NCBI GenBank assembly: GCA_963664295.1
Contig: OY760935.1
Span: forward strand, 544,001-608,000
Length of the DNA stretch: 64,000 nucleotides
Direction of reading: 5' to 3'
DNA from: Candidatus Altimarinota bacterium
GTDB lineage: Bacteria > Patescibacteriota > Gracilibacteria > CAIRYL01 > GCA-016699755
Under the pieces are notes generated by a model. It was not told the DNA's origin and did not search any database. It worked only from the letters and a program-made list of their open reading frames with translations. Position numbers and translations under genes: made by a program. Below are positions 42,528-51,153 of this stretch, piece after piece; positions within the stretch are counted from its first letter, which is position 1, and each line of letters begins with the position of its first letter.

Positions 42528-43025
42528 TTAAAGCTTAAAAAGGCGAATTAAAATTTCAGAAAAAGTTTCTGTGCGATTTTTCCATTCAGAAACCTCCTGA
42601 CTCAAAAGAGCTCTTACCTCTGCTGGATTTTGATCTCCCAATTGAATTGCGATCTGACGCACAACTCCACGAGTAATACGCAAATTAAGCGTTTTTACAT
42701 GAGGAGGATCATAAATAATCCAAAAAAGACCAATGTCTTCATAAGGATAAAACCTTGGACCAAACTTAATTCCTGCATCTGTTATTACAATATCTACAAT
42801 TTCCGGCTTGTGGTTATATGTCAAAAAAAACACTACTGCCAAAAGCACAACCACAACTGAAAAAGCGATTGAATCAGTTAAGATTCCATAAAGAATAAGG
42901 CCAACAACTAAAACACTCATCACAAAAACCCAAACAGGTCCTCTTTTGTGCTCTAAAAACTCTGGCGCTTGCCAGGCAATAAGCGGTGTTCCATAGGAAA
43001 TTTGGTTTTTATTTTCAGTTGTCAT
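42528..43025 (-). CDS. Conserved CPR-type 2-TM protein with PH-like C-terminal domain
   Basis: WQAPEF..H.RG..W, two TM, ITDAGI....YPY..I..FWI. Confidence 0.8.
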   Translation of the reverse strand: MTTENKNQISYGTPLIAWQAPEFLEHKRGPVWVFVMSVLVVGLILYGILTDSIAFSVVVVLLAVVFFLTYNHKPEIVDIVITDAGIKFGPRFYPYEDIGLFWIIYDPPHVKTLNLRITRGVVRQIAIQLGDQNPAEVRALLSQEVSEWKNRTETFSEILIRLFKL

Positions 43026-43108
43026 TTTTATTTATATTTTATCCTTATATTATCTCATAAAATAAAGAAAAAATCAATTTAGCTGTCTTGGCTAAACAAA
43101 AAACTTCA

Positions 43109-43136
43109 TTGACAAAAATAGGTTATAAATTATAAT
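43109..43136 (+). promoter_or_regulatory. Consensus sigma-70 promoter facing a REP array
   Basis: TTGACA-N16-TATAAT. Confidence 0.6.
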
Positions 43137-43167
43137 ATTATTCTTACTTAAAAAATTTATTCCCGTA

Positions 43168-43570
43168 TGTCATTCTGATGGAATGAAATCACCTTTTTTG
43201 TCATTCTGAGCGGAAAACACAACCTTTCTGTCATTCTGAGCGTAATGAAATGGAGCGAAGAATCTCCTTGTCCATGCGCTCAAGTCCTGCCTTAGGTAAT
43301 TCAACAGTAATGACAACGGGAGATCCTTCGCTTCGCCTAAAGGCTCGCTCAGGATGACAGAATAAGGGGGATGGATGACATTACATTTGTCATTGTGGAT
43401 TTCTTGAAGGTGTCATTATGAGCTTTTTGGGGGTGTCGTTGCGGGCTACGACCCGCAATCTCGGGAGGCAGGAGGTGTCATTCTGAGCGTAAAACACACC
43501 CTTACTGTCATTCTGAGCGAAGTGAAATGGAGCGAAGAATCTCCTTTTCCATTTGCTCAAGTCTTGCCTA
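43168..43570. repeat. REP/REPIN-like cluster 3
   Basis: Multiple TGTCATTCTGAGCG units; 131-bp element at 43229-43359 is nearly identical to 35631-35761. Confidence 0.9.
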
Positions 43571-43580
43571 CATAAAAATA

Positions 43581-45389
43581 TTACTTCTTCTTTTTTAAAG
43601 AAATTATATTTTTCTCAATTTTCGCCTTAATTTCCTTAAGCCTAAGTGCGTTTAATTTATGTAAAAAACGAGCCAATTCACTATCTGATTTATGTTGTTT
43701 ATTCATTTTTTGCGCCTCTTCTTTGCCAAACAAAGAAACATGAGCAAGCTCCTCCTCAAGATCATAAATTTCTCTATTGATCGAGTGAATATGATGAGCA
43801 CTTAAATATGGCTTTAGTATTATATAATCCACTCCCCTATTAAACATTTCCAATCCCTCACGAGCAGAATTTGCAATAGCAATAACAATTGGTTTTTTGC
43901 TTAAATCCATTTGCTCTAAATGTTTTAAAAGAAAATAGTTATCATTCTTACTTGGCAAAGTGCTAATAATAATCTCTGCGTCCTCCAAATCAAGCTTACT
44001 CAAAAGATCAGTGTCATTTGCATCACCAAAGATACAATTTATGTTTTTAGACATCAATTTTTTAATTACTGCGTTGTTGTAGTCAACAACCACATAATCC
44101 TCCTTAAAACTCAAAATTTGCTCCAAAATCTGCTCTCCAATTTGATCACAACCAAGAATAACAATGTGATTTAAATATTGATTATCCTTATTACCATTTA
44201 TTCTATCTTTTTTGCTTAATTCAAAAATAGAAAGATATTTTTTTAATTTTTCATAAAGTTCTTCGTTGTAGGTTATCATGTAAGTTGAAACTACCATGGT
44301 AATCATGCCGATCATACCGATCATTGAGGTAATTTGATCATTAATGTGTCCTATTTTGTGCCCAAAAGTAATAACAATCAAAGAAAACTCACTGATATTT
44401 GCTAAGCTAACACCAACAAAAAAAGCATTACGCTTGTCATAGCCCAATAAGCCCATTGTGGTCATGATAATTATTGGTGTGCCAATAAGCACAAAAATAG
44501 AAATAACAACCAAAGGAACAAGAATACTGCCTATAGAGCTAAACACAAGCCCAGCACCCAAGCCAGCAAAGAAAATAGTGATAAAAAAATCACGAATTAC
44601 TTTTGCTTTTGAATTAATTTCAAATGTATAAGGCAAATTTGCCAAACTCATACCTGCAATAAAAGCTCCGATTTCCATCGAAAAACCAATTTCCATCGCA
44701 ATAATGGAAATAAAAAAACACCAACTTAAACTAAAAAGAACCAATAACTCATGTGAGGTTGCAATCTTTGCATAAAGATATTTGAGAATTTTTTCTGCAA
44801 AAACAATAGTGGCAACACCTAATGCAATTCCTTTAGCAAGAAGAAAAAGAAAATTAAGAACATCAAACTGAAAAGAACCTTCTTTAAATCCAGCCAAAAA
44901 AAGCAAAGTCATAATTGCCAAAACATCCTGCACAATCAAAACACCAATGCAAATCTGACCATAAAAAGAATTAGTATCTTTTTTATCAGACATCAATTTA
45001 ACTGCAATAATCGTACTAGAAAAGGTTAAAGCAATAGCAATATATGAGCTTTCTAATAGGCTAAAATTAAACAACACCCCTAAAACAAGCCCCACTATGG
45101 CAGTTATGCTTATCTGCCCTATACTAACTAGCAAAGAAACTCCTCCTAAATCTTTTAATCTTCCCCAATTCATCTCCAATCCAACCAAAAAAAGCATAAG
45201 CATAACACCAATTCCAGAAATTGCGTGCACAAAATCCGGATCAGGAATTAAGCCAAACCCAAAAGGCCCAAGCAAAATACCAGCCAAAATATACGCTAAA
45301 ATAAGCGGCTGCTTGAAGTAATAACCCACAACAGCTACTCCGGCTGAAGCAAGAATTACTAAGCCAATTTCAAAAATTAAGGTTTCTAT
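43581..45389 (-). CDS. CPA2/Kef-type cation:proton antiporter with TrkA-N domain
   Basis: KQPLILAYILAGILLGP, LFLVGLE, FSSTII, LIVQD, ISEFSL, GDA. The frame stays open upstream of GTG 45329 to an ATA at 45389 that adds the first TM. Confidence 0.9.
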   Translation of the reverse strand: METLIFEIGLVILASAGVAVVGYYFKQPLILAYILAGILLGPFGFGLIPDPDFVHAISGIGVMLMLFLVGLEMNWGRLKDLGGVSLLVSIGQISITAIVGLVLGVLFNFSLLESSYIAIALTFSSTIIAVKLMSDKKDTNSFYGQICIGVLIVQDVLAIMTLLFLAGFKEGSFQFDVLNFLFLLAKGIALGVATIVFAEKILKYLYAKIATSHELLVLFSLSWCFFISIIAMEIGFSMEIGAFIAGMSLANLPYTFEINSKAKVIRDFFITIFFAGLGAGLVFSSIGSILVPLVVISIFVLIGTPIIIMTTMGLLGYDKRNAFFVGVSLANISEFSLIVITFGHKIGHINDQITSMIGMIGMITMVVSTYMITYNEELYEKLKKYLSIFELSKKDRINGNKDNQYLNHIVILGCDQIGEQILEQILSFKEDYVVVDYNNAVIKKLMSKNINCIFGDANDTDLLSKLDLEDAEIIISTLPSKNDNYFLLKHLEQMDLSKKPIVIAIANSAREGLEMFNRGVDYIILKPYLSAHHIHSINREIYDLEEELAHVSLFGKEEAQKMNKQHKSDSELARFLHKLNALRLKEIKAKIEKNIISLKKKK

Positions 45390-45455
45390 TTTTATTTTAA
45401 TATATCTTTATATTTTACAGTAAATAAGGGCTTTTTTCAAGGGGATTAAGCAGGC

Positions 45456-46433
45456 TTAAGAGGTATTTTTGATAAATACTTTAAGTAATTCAATAAAACC
45501 ATAAGTATTTACAAAATAATTATTTTTATTTTTTTTTAAATTTTGCAAAATATTTTTTCTTTGCTCAAATGGCTTACCACTTTTTATTGCTTCATTTGCT
45601 AATAAGTTAAAATAAATACCATCCAAAAAAGAAATATAGTGAACATCTTTATCTTGATGTGATATAAAATCTATAATCTCAGACATTTGCTTATCTTGAC
45701 CACCTCCAGACTCTTTCATGTGTTTATGCTCCATAATAAGAATATGGTCATTAATTTTGATTAAAAAGTCTGTCTGTTTTTTCTGCTTATTTTTTGACCA
45801 CTTAAATTTTAACTTAAAATGTTTTAATATTTTTTCAAACAAAATCTTGTCTGCTTTGTCAGGACATATATAAATATGATTACTTTTAATAAATTCATCT
45901 ATATTTTTTGATGAAAAATATGAAAATCCAAACTGATTCAAGATATTTATAATTTTTTTATTTGCAGCATTGCCATTACCTTTATGTGCTTTTGAGTCTT
46001 TGATCGCCTGCAACGAAGAAAATGAATAACCGTGAATTTTATACAACAAGTGTCTATCTTTTATAAATTCTGGTATTACATTTTTTAAAAACTCAATTTG
46101 TATAAAATGATTTGAATTAAATGTTTTATAAGCACTATATGACATATCTTTCAATGCCCAATAACTTGTAAATTCAGTATTATTTATTCCAGATGTTTTT
46201 AAAATTTTTACAATATTCTCCAATATAATATTTTGCATTTTTTTATTTTTTGACTTAATAGCAATTTTATATGCAGCAATGTTGTCACATATTTCCACAT
46301 TGGATTTCATTAAGTTGTTTAGCTTTTTTGGATTGTCAGTAATTATCGGCTTACTATCTTTTACATAATATTCATCAATATAAGATTCTTTATTTTTTAT
46401 GCTTAAGCTAAAAATTTGAATATTACTAATCAT
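45456..46433 (-). CDS. Putative type II restriction endonuclease (PD-(D/E)xK-like)
   Basis: TD..EHK..ESGGGQDKQ pattern; directly downstream of a DNA MTase; very AT-rich. Confidence 0.65.
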   Translation of the reverse strand: MISNIQIFSLSIKNKESYIDEYYVKDSKPIITDNPKKLNNLMKSNVEICDNIAAYKIAIKSKNKKMQNIILENIVKILKTSGINNTEFTSYWALKDMSYSAYKTFNSNHFIQIEFLKNVIPEFIKDRHLLYKIHGYSFSSLQAIKDSKAHKGNGNAANKKIINILNQFGFSYFSSKNIDEFIKSNHIYICPDKADKILFEKILKHFKLKFKWSKNKQKKQTDFLIKINDHILIMEHKHMKESGGGQDKQMSEIIDFISHQDKDVHYISFLDGIYFNLLANEAIKSGKPFEQRKNILQNLKKNKNNYFVNTYGFIELLKVFIKNTS

Positions 46434-46444
46434 AATTTAAGTTA

Positions 46445-47455
46445 TTAAAATAATTTTACACTTGGCATAACTTTTTCATAAGCTTCTTCTAAGATAGCTC
46501 TTGCTGTTTGATAATCTAACCTTCTTCTTCTTTCGCCATTTTTTTTATTACCTTTAAATGGCGAAAGAAGAAGATCATTAGTTTTTAATCTAAAACTAAA
46601 TAGTATTTGATTACTTTTTTTAATTATCTTTTCAATTGCTTCTTCGTCTGCTTTCATTTCAATTAAAGTTATCAATCTTGAGCTAACTTTTATTGTACTA
46701 AGATCATAATCAATCTCTTCTGGTTTCATAAACTGAATTAACTTTTTTGTGCTTGTTGTGTCTACTGCCCTCAATGCTATTTGCCCTCTAGATGAATTAA
46801 ATCTTATATCAATATGTTTTTGTGGTATTTTTCTCATTTTTTCTATTTCTGCAAAATTACCAATATACTTATCATTTTTATAAACTTTTATTTGACTATA
46901 ATCTTTATTTTTATTATCAAAACAAATTACACATACAGGATTTTCTGTGTCAAAAAACATTAAATCCTCAATTATTGTAATATTTTGTATTCTGTGTTTT
47001 GGAAACGATGAATTAATAAATGTTTCTGGGACTATCATTACTCCAAAATCATTATTCTCCATACACCTGCTAATTGCTAATTGATATAAATCATTATAAG
47101 AACACATATTAAAATATTTACTAACTCCGTCATAAATGCCTTTTCTTTTTGCGCTATAGTTTGTTAAGTACGGCGGATTAGTGATAATTATAGAGTTTTT
47201 TATTCTGGGAATATGTTCTAAGCTATTATTAAATTTCCAACCCAAAAATTCATCTATATCTAAACCAACAACTTTTGAAAAACCTATTTTTTTAGCAATA
47301 TTTAATAAATCTCCATTGCCAGCAAATGGATCAAAAGCTATTTCTGCTTTAGTAGACTTAATAAAACCTAAAACATGATCTTTTAACCAAAAATGTTTTT
47401 TTGTAAAAAACTGACCCAAACTTTTCTTTTTTGCAATTATACTCATTAACTTCAT
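46445..47455 (-). CDS. Amino (N6A-type) DNA methyltransferase, gamma motif order
   Basis: LGQFFT (motif X), FDPFAGNG (motif I), ITNPPY (motif IV). Confidence 0.88.
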   Translation of the reverse strand: MKLMSIIAKKKSLGQFFTKKHFWLKDHVLGFIKSTKAEIAFDPFAGNGDLLNIAKKIGFSKVVGLDIDEFLGWKFNNSLEHIPRIKNSIIITNPPYLTNYSAKRKGIYDGVSKYFNMCSYNDLYQLAISRCMENNDFGVMIVPETFINSSFPKHRIQNITIIEDLMFFDTENPVCVICFDNKNKDYSQIKVYKNDKYIGNFAEIEKMRKIPQKHIDIRFNSSRGQIALRAVDTTSTKKLIQFMKPEEIDYDLSTIKVSSRLITLIEMKADEEAIEKIIKKSNQILFSFRLKTNDLLLSPFKGNKKNGERRRRLDYQTARAILEEAYEKVMPSVKLF

Positions 47456-47464
47456 TTTACAATA

Positions 47465-47491
47465 AAAAAACTCTTTTTAAAAAGAGTTTTT
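47465..47491 (-). terminator. Terminator after tRNA-Tyr
   Basis: AAAAACTCTTTTT/AAAAAGAGTTTTT inverted repeat. Confidence 0.65.
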
Positions 47492-47492
47492 A

Positions 47493-47577
47493 TGGTGGGC
47501 AGTGAGGGATTCGAACCCCCGAACTCAGAGAGAGCAGATTTACAGTCTGCCGCCGTTGACCGCTTGGCTAACTGCCC
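47493..47577 (-). tRNA. tRNA-Tyr(GTA)
   Basis: GGGCAGT..GCAGA-CT-GTA-AA-TCTGC, long variable arm, GGTTCGAATCC, ACTGCCC-A-CCA. Confidence 0.97.
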
Positions 47578-47825
47578 ACGATTATATAATTTATTGCTAA
47601 TTTTTAAGTTTCTGGAGAACAGTTGCTAAGTCTGCACGGGTTGACCGCTTGGCTAACTGCCCACGATTATATAATTTATTGCTAATTTTTAAGTTTCTGG
47701 AGAACAGTTGCTAAGTCTGCACGGGTTGACCGCTTGGCTAACTGCCCACGATTATATAATTTATTGCTAATTTTTAAGTTTCTGGAGAACAGTTTGCAAA
47801 ATTTATACAAAATTCTAACTGCTCT
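47555..47825 (-). repeat. About 2.8 tandem 85-bp units containing the tRNA-Tyr 5' part
   Basis: Period 85 (47555, 47640, 47725); units form CCA-ended hairpins. Confidence 0.92.
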
Positions 47826-47840
47826 TGCAAATTACAAAGC

Positions 47841-47915
47841 TGGAGCCAGCACTCGGATTCGAACCGAGGACCTGCCGCTTACAAGGCGGATGCTCTACCA
47901 CTGAGCTATGCTGGC
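47841..47915 (-). tRNA. tRNA-Thr(TGT)
   Basis: GCCAGCA..CCGC-CT-TGT-AA-GCGG..GGTTCGAATCC..TGCTGGC-T-CCA. Confidence 0.97.
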
Positions 47916-47966
47916 AATATAAAGCACAATCTTTTCTTGTAAAAGGTCGAGAAAAATTGTACTCGT

Positions 47967-48608
47967 TTAACTAATTTCTGTCAAAGCTTTCTCAATGTCT
48001 TCAGTCACTTTTTCAATAGACTGTTCACCATCAATCCTGATTATCTTGCCTTCTTCTTGATATTTTTCAATAGCTGGCAAAGTTTCTTTCATAAAATTTT
48101 CTATTCTTGCAAGAATAGCTTTTTCGTTATCATCACTGCGCTTAACAAGCTCTCCTCCACAAGCATCACAATTTTCTTCTGTGTATTTAGCTGGGAAAAC
48201 TTTTTTACAATTTTGACAAATTCTGCGATTTAATAATCTATTTTTTGACTCTTGCTCTGATATATCAATCCAAACTCCCATAAAATTGTCTCTGTCTATT
48301 TTTTGCAAAAGAGCATCAAAAGTTTCTTTTTGCTCCATGCTTCTTGGAATACCATCAAACAAAACAGCTCCCTCCCCTGCTTGATTTAACAAAAAATCTT
48401 CAATTACATCCATTACTATACTGTTTGTGACTAAATTACCACTTTCAATAATCTCTTTTACCTTATTGCCAAGCTCTGTGCCACTTGAGGCAATAGAGCG
48501 TAAAGCACCGCCAGTTTCAAAAATAGTCAAATCGTGTTCTTTGGCTATAATTGCACCTTGGGTACCTTTTCCTGATCCTTGAATTCCAAAAAAAATCAAA
48601 TCTTTCAT
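47967..48608 (-). CDS. adk: Adenylate kinase
   Basis: GIQGSGKGTQ, FDGIPR, Zn lid CxxC..CxxC, RSDD; follows secY. Confidence 0.96.
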   Translation of the reverse strand: MKDLIFFGIQGSGKGTQGAIIAKEHDLTIFETGGALRSIASSGTELGNKVKEIIESGNLVTNSIVMDVIEDFLLNQAGEGAVLFDGIPRSMEQKETFDALLQKIDRDNFMGVWIDISEQESKNRLLNRRICQNCKKVFPAKYTEENCDACGGELVKRSDDNEKAILARIENFMKETLPAIEKYQEEGKIIRIDGEQSIEKVTEDIEKALTEIS

Positions 48609-48613
48609 GTTTT

Positions 48614-50023
48614 TTATGTTAATTTTTCGTAATCATGCATAAGAAGCTGAGAATTAACTTGGCGAATAAGCTCAAGCACAACACCAACTACGATAATCAA
48701 ACCTGATCCGGAAATAATAAGATCAGAAGAGCTCAAATCAGTAAACATAGTAAACACAAGCGGAACCAAGGCAATAAAGCCAAGGAAAGAGCCTCCCCAA
48801 AGATTCATACGATTAGAAACTTTACCTAAATGTTCTGCTGTTTCTTTGCCTGGACGTACACCAGGAATAAAACCACCTCTTTTTTGCAAATTTTCTGCAA
48901 CATTTTCAGGATTAAAGGTTATAGAAACATAAAAATAACTAAACAACACAATAAGAAGAAAGTATAAAAGTAGATATTCTGGTGTTGGATTGCCTGAGTT
49001 AAAATGAGCATTCCAAAAAGTAATAGCTTGTTCTGTTATTGATAATTCTGGCATTTTTGTTGCCAATCCTGACAAAACTCCTTCGTATGAGCCAATATTT
49101 TTGCCCCAAAAATCAGTAAAAACTTCCAAATTTGCATAAGTCCCTAAGTTGGTAAACTTGCTTGGATCCATAAAAAATCTTAAGAATACACTTGGGAATG
49201 TAATCATTGAAACAGCAAAGATAATTGGAATCATACCAGCTTGCAAAATACGGATAGGCAACACTGATTTTTCACCTCTTGCTGTACGAGAAGTATGAGT
49301 CACTGTTATTGCTCTGTGTGCATCAGTAAAGATAACAACCAAAATCAAAAGAGCGACTGTCACAAGTGCAAAAACTGCAAAAGGGAGAACTTTTTCAGTT
49401 GCACCCAATTGAGCATTAGATAAAAGATTAACAACAACGCCTGGCATTGCGGCTACGATACCTGCAAAGATAATCATTGAAATACCATTACCTATTCCTT
49501 TTTCTGTAATTAATTCACCTAGCCACATTAAAAACACTGTACCTGCGGAAATTGTTATCATTGCAGGCAAAACCTCGGCTGGGTTTGTGTAATCAATAAA
49601 AGCTCCTTCTGCACCATGCGTAGAATTAGCAAGAAGCACTATCATTCCGTAAGACTGCATAAAGGCTAATGGAAAAGTAAGCCAACGAGTTATGCTATTA
49701 ATTTTTTTTCTTCCTGCTTCACCCTCTTTACTCATTGCTTCTAATTTTGGAATAGCTACTGTCATCAGTTGCACTATAATCGAAGCATTGATATAAGGAG
49801 AAAGTCCCATCATGATAATAGAAAAATTCTCCATAGAACCACCTGTTAAAGCAGCAAAAATAGAAAGCGCTCCACCAGCACTAAAAGTTTCCTTAAGCAC
49901 TGTAGGATCAATCCCTGGTACTGTTATATGTGCAGCAAGACGAAATACAAAAATAACAAATATTGTGAATAATATTTTATTTCTAAGGCTTTTTGTGTTC
50001 CAAATTCTTGATAAGTAATTCAT
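48614..50023 (-). CDS. secY: Preprotein translocase SecY
   Basis: GLSPYINASII, WLGELITEKGIGNGISMIIFAGI, AGMIPIIFA, FIPGVRPG. Confidence 0.98.
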   Translation of the reverse strand: MNYLSRIWNTKSLRNKILFTIFVIFVFRLAAHITVPGIDPTVLKETFSAGGALSIFAALTGGSMENFSIIMMGLSPYINASIIVQLMTVAIPKLEAMSKEGEAGRKKINSITRWLTFPLAFMQSYGMIVLLANSTHGAEGAFIDYTNPAEVLPAMITISAGTVFLMWLGELITEKGIGNGISMIIFAGIVAAMPGVVVNLLSNAQLGATEKVLPFAVFALVTVALLILVVIFTDAHRAITVTHTSRTARGEKSVLPIRILQAGMIPIIFAVSMITFPSVFLRFFMDPSKFTNLGTYANLEVFTDFWGKNIGSYEGVLSGLATKMPELSITEQAITFWNAHFNSGNPTPEYLLLYFLLIVLFSYFYVSITFNPENVAENLQKRGGFIPGVRPGKETAEHLGKVSNRMNLWGGSFLGFIALVPLVFTMFTDLSSSDLIISGSGLIIVVGVVLELIRQVNSQLLMHDYEKLT

Positions 50024-50036
50024 AAGGTTTAGTTAA

Positions 50037-50528
50037 TTATTTTTCTTGAGTTTCTTTTTTTGGAGCTTTTTTTTCTGCTTTTATTTCATTTTCTATTTTT
50101 CCGCCTGCTTTTTCGATTTTTTTGCGAGCAGAAGCAGAAACAGCAACTCCTTGAAAAGTGATTTTTTTTGTTAATTCACCATTACCAAGCACTTTAATCA
50201 TATTTTTTTTCTTAGTAATTCTTTTTTCTCTCACTGTTTCCAATGAAACAGTTTCACCATCTTTATAAAGTTCTTCAATTTTTGCTAAATTAAGAGGTGT
50301 AAATTCTTCTTTGTTTGGATTTTTAAACCCTTTTAATTTTGGAATTCGTCTTAAAAGTGGGGTTTGACCACCTTCAAAGCCAAGACGAACTCCCCCTCCT
50401 GTGCGAGAATTTTGACCTTTCATGCCTCTTCCTGAGTATGTACCTTTTCCAGAAGCATTACCTCTTCCTAGTCTTTTACTTTTTTTGCGAGCACCTGCCG
50501 CTGGCTTTAAATCATGAAGTTTAACCAT
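50037..50528 (-). CDS. rplO: 50S ribosomal protein L15
   Basis: RLGRG.ASGKG..SGRG.KGQ, FEGGQTPL. Confidence 0.98.
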   Translation of the reverse strand: MVKLHDLKPAAGARKKSKRLGRGNASGKGTYSGRGMKGQNSRTGGGVRLGFEGGQTPLLRRIPKLKGFKNPNKEEFTPLNLAKIEELYKDGETVSLETVREKRITKKKNMIKVLGNGELTKKITFQGVAVSASARKKIEKAGGKIENEIKAEKKAPKKETQEK

Positions 50529-50535
50529 ATTAGTA

Positions 50536-51153
50536 TTAAAATAATTTTTCTAAGATATTGTTTGCAAATTTTTCTGCTGTAGAAGGTCCATTAGCTGTAA
50601 TTATATTGCCATCAACTGTCACTTCTTCATTTGTAAAATTTGCCCCTCTTTCTTGTAATAACATACCTGGTCCACCATCTCCGTTCCAACAAGTAGCTGA
50701 AACTCCATCTAGAACACCTGCTTCTGCAAGAATGGTTGGAGCAATGCAAATGGCTGCTAAAATTTTACCATTCTCCACTGCTTCTCTTGCTATCCTGTGT
50801 GCATCAGCATCTTGTTGATAACTAACTGCACCAGGTCCTCCTATAAATATAATCACATCATAATCAACTGCTTTTACTTTATTTATTGCTATTTCTGCTT
50901 TTATTTCTTTTCCAAACTTACCAATTGCTTTTCCTGCTTCTTTACTTGCTATTACCACTTTTACTCCTTTCTCTTGTAATTTTTGGTAAGGATCTGAGAA
51001 TTCCTGATCTTGAAAATCTTTTTGGGCGATAATAAAAAGTGCTTTTTTCATTGGATTTTTTGAGTTTTGGTTATTGTTCGAAATTATACAAGATGCTAAT
51101 AGGAGTATTAAACATAAGGCCGAAACTGTTTTAAATATCTTTAATAAATTCAT
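50536..51153 (-). CDS. DJ-1/PfpI family protein with lipoprotein-like signal
   Basis: FQDQEF, IFIGGPG, AAICIAP nucleophile, VDGNIITANGP; LASC lipobox. Confidence 0.92.
   Translation of the reverse strand: MNLLKIFKTVSALCLILLLASCIISNNNQNSKNPMKKALFIIAQKDFQDQEFSDPYQKLQEKGVKVVIASKEAGKAIGKFGKEIKAEIAINKVKAVDYDVIIFIGGPGAVSYQQDADAHRIAREAVENGKILAAICIAPTILAEAGVLDGVSATCWNGDGGPGMLLQERGANFTNEEVTVDGNIITANGPSTAEKFANNILEKLF

Noticed and set aside
36077-42860. Numerous plus-strand ORFs opposite large genes
   Set aside because: Antisense shadows of codon-biased minus-strand CDSs with low-complexity F/S/L translations.
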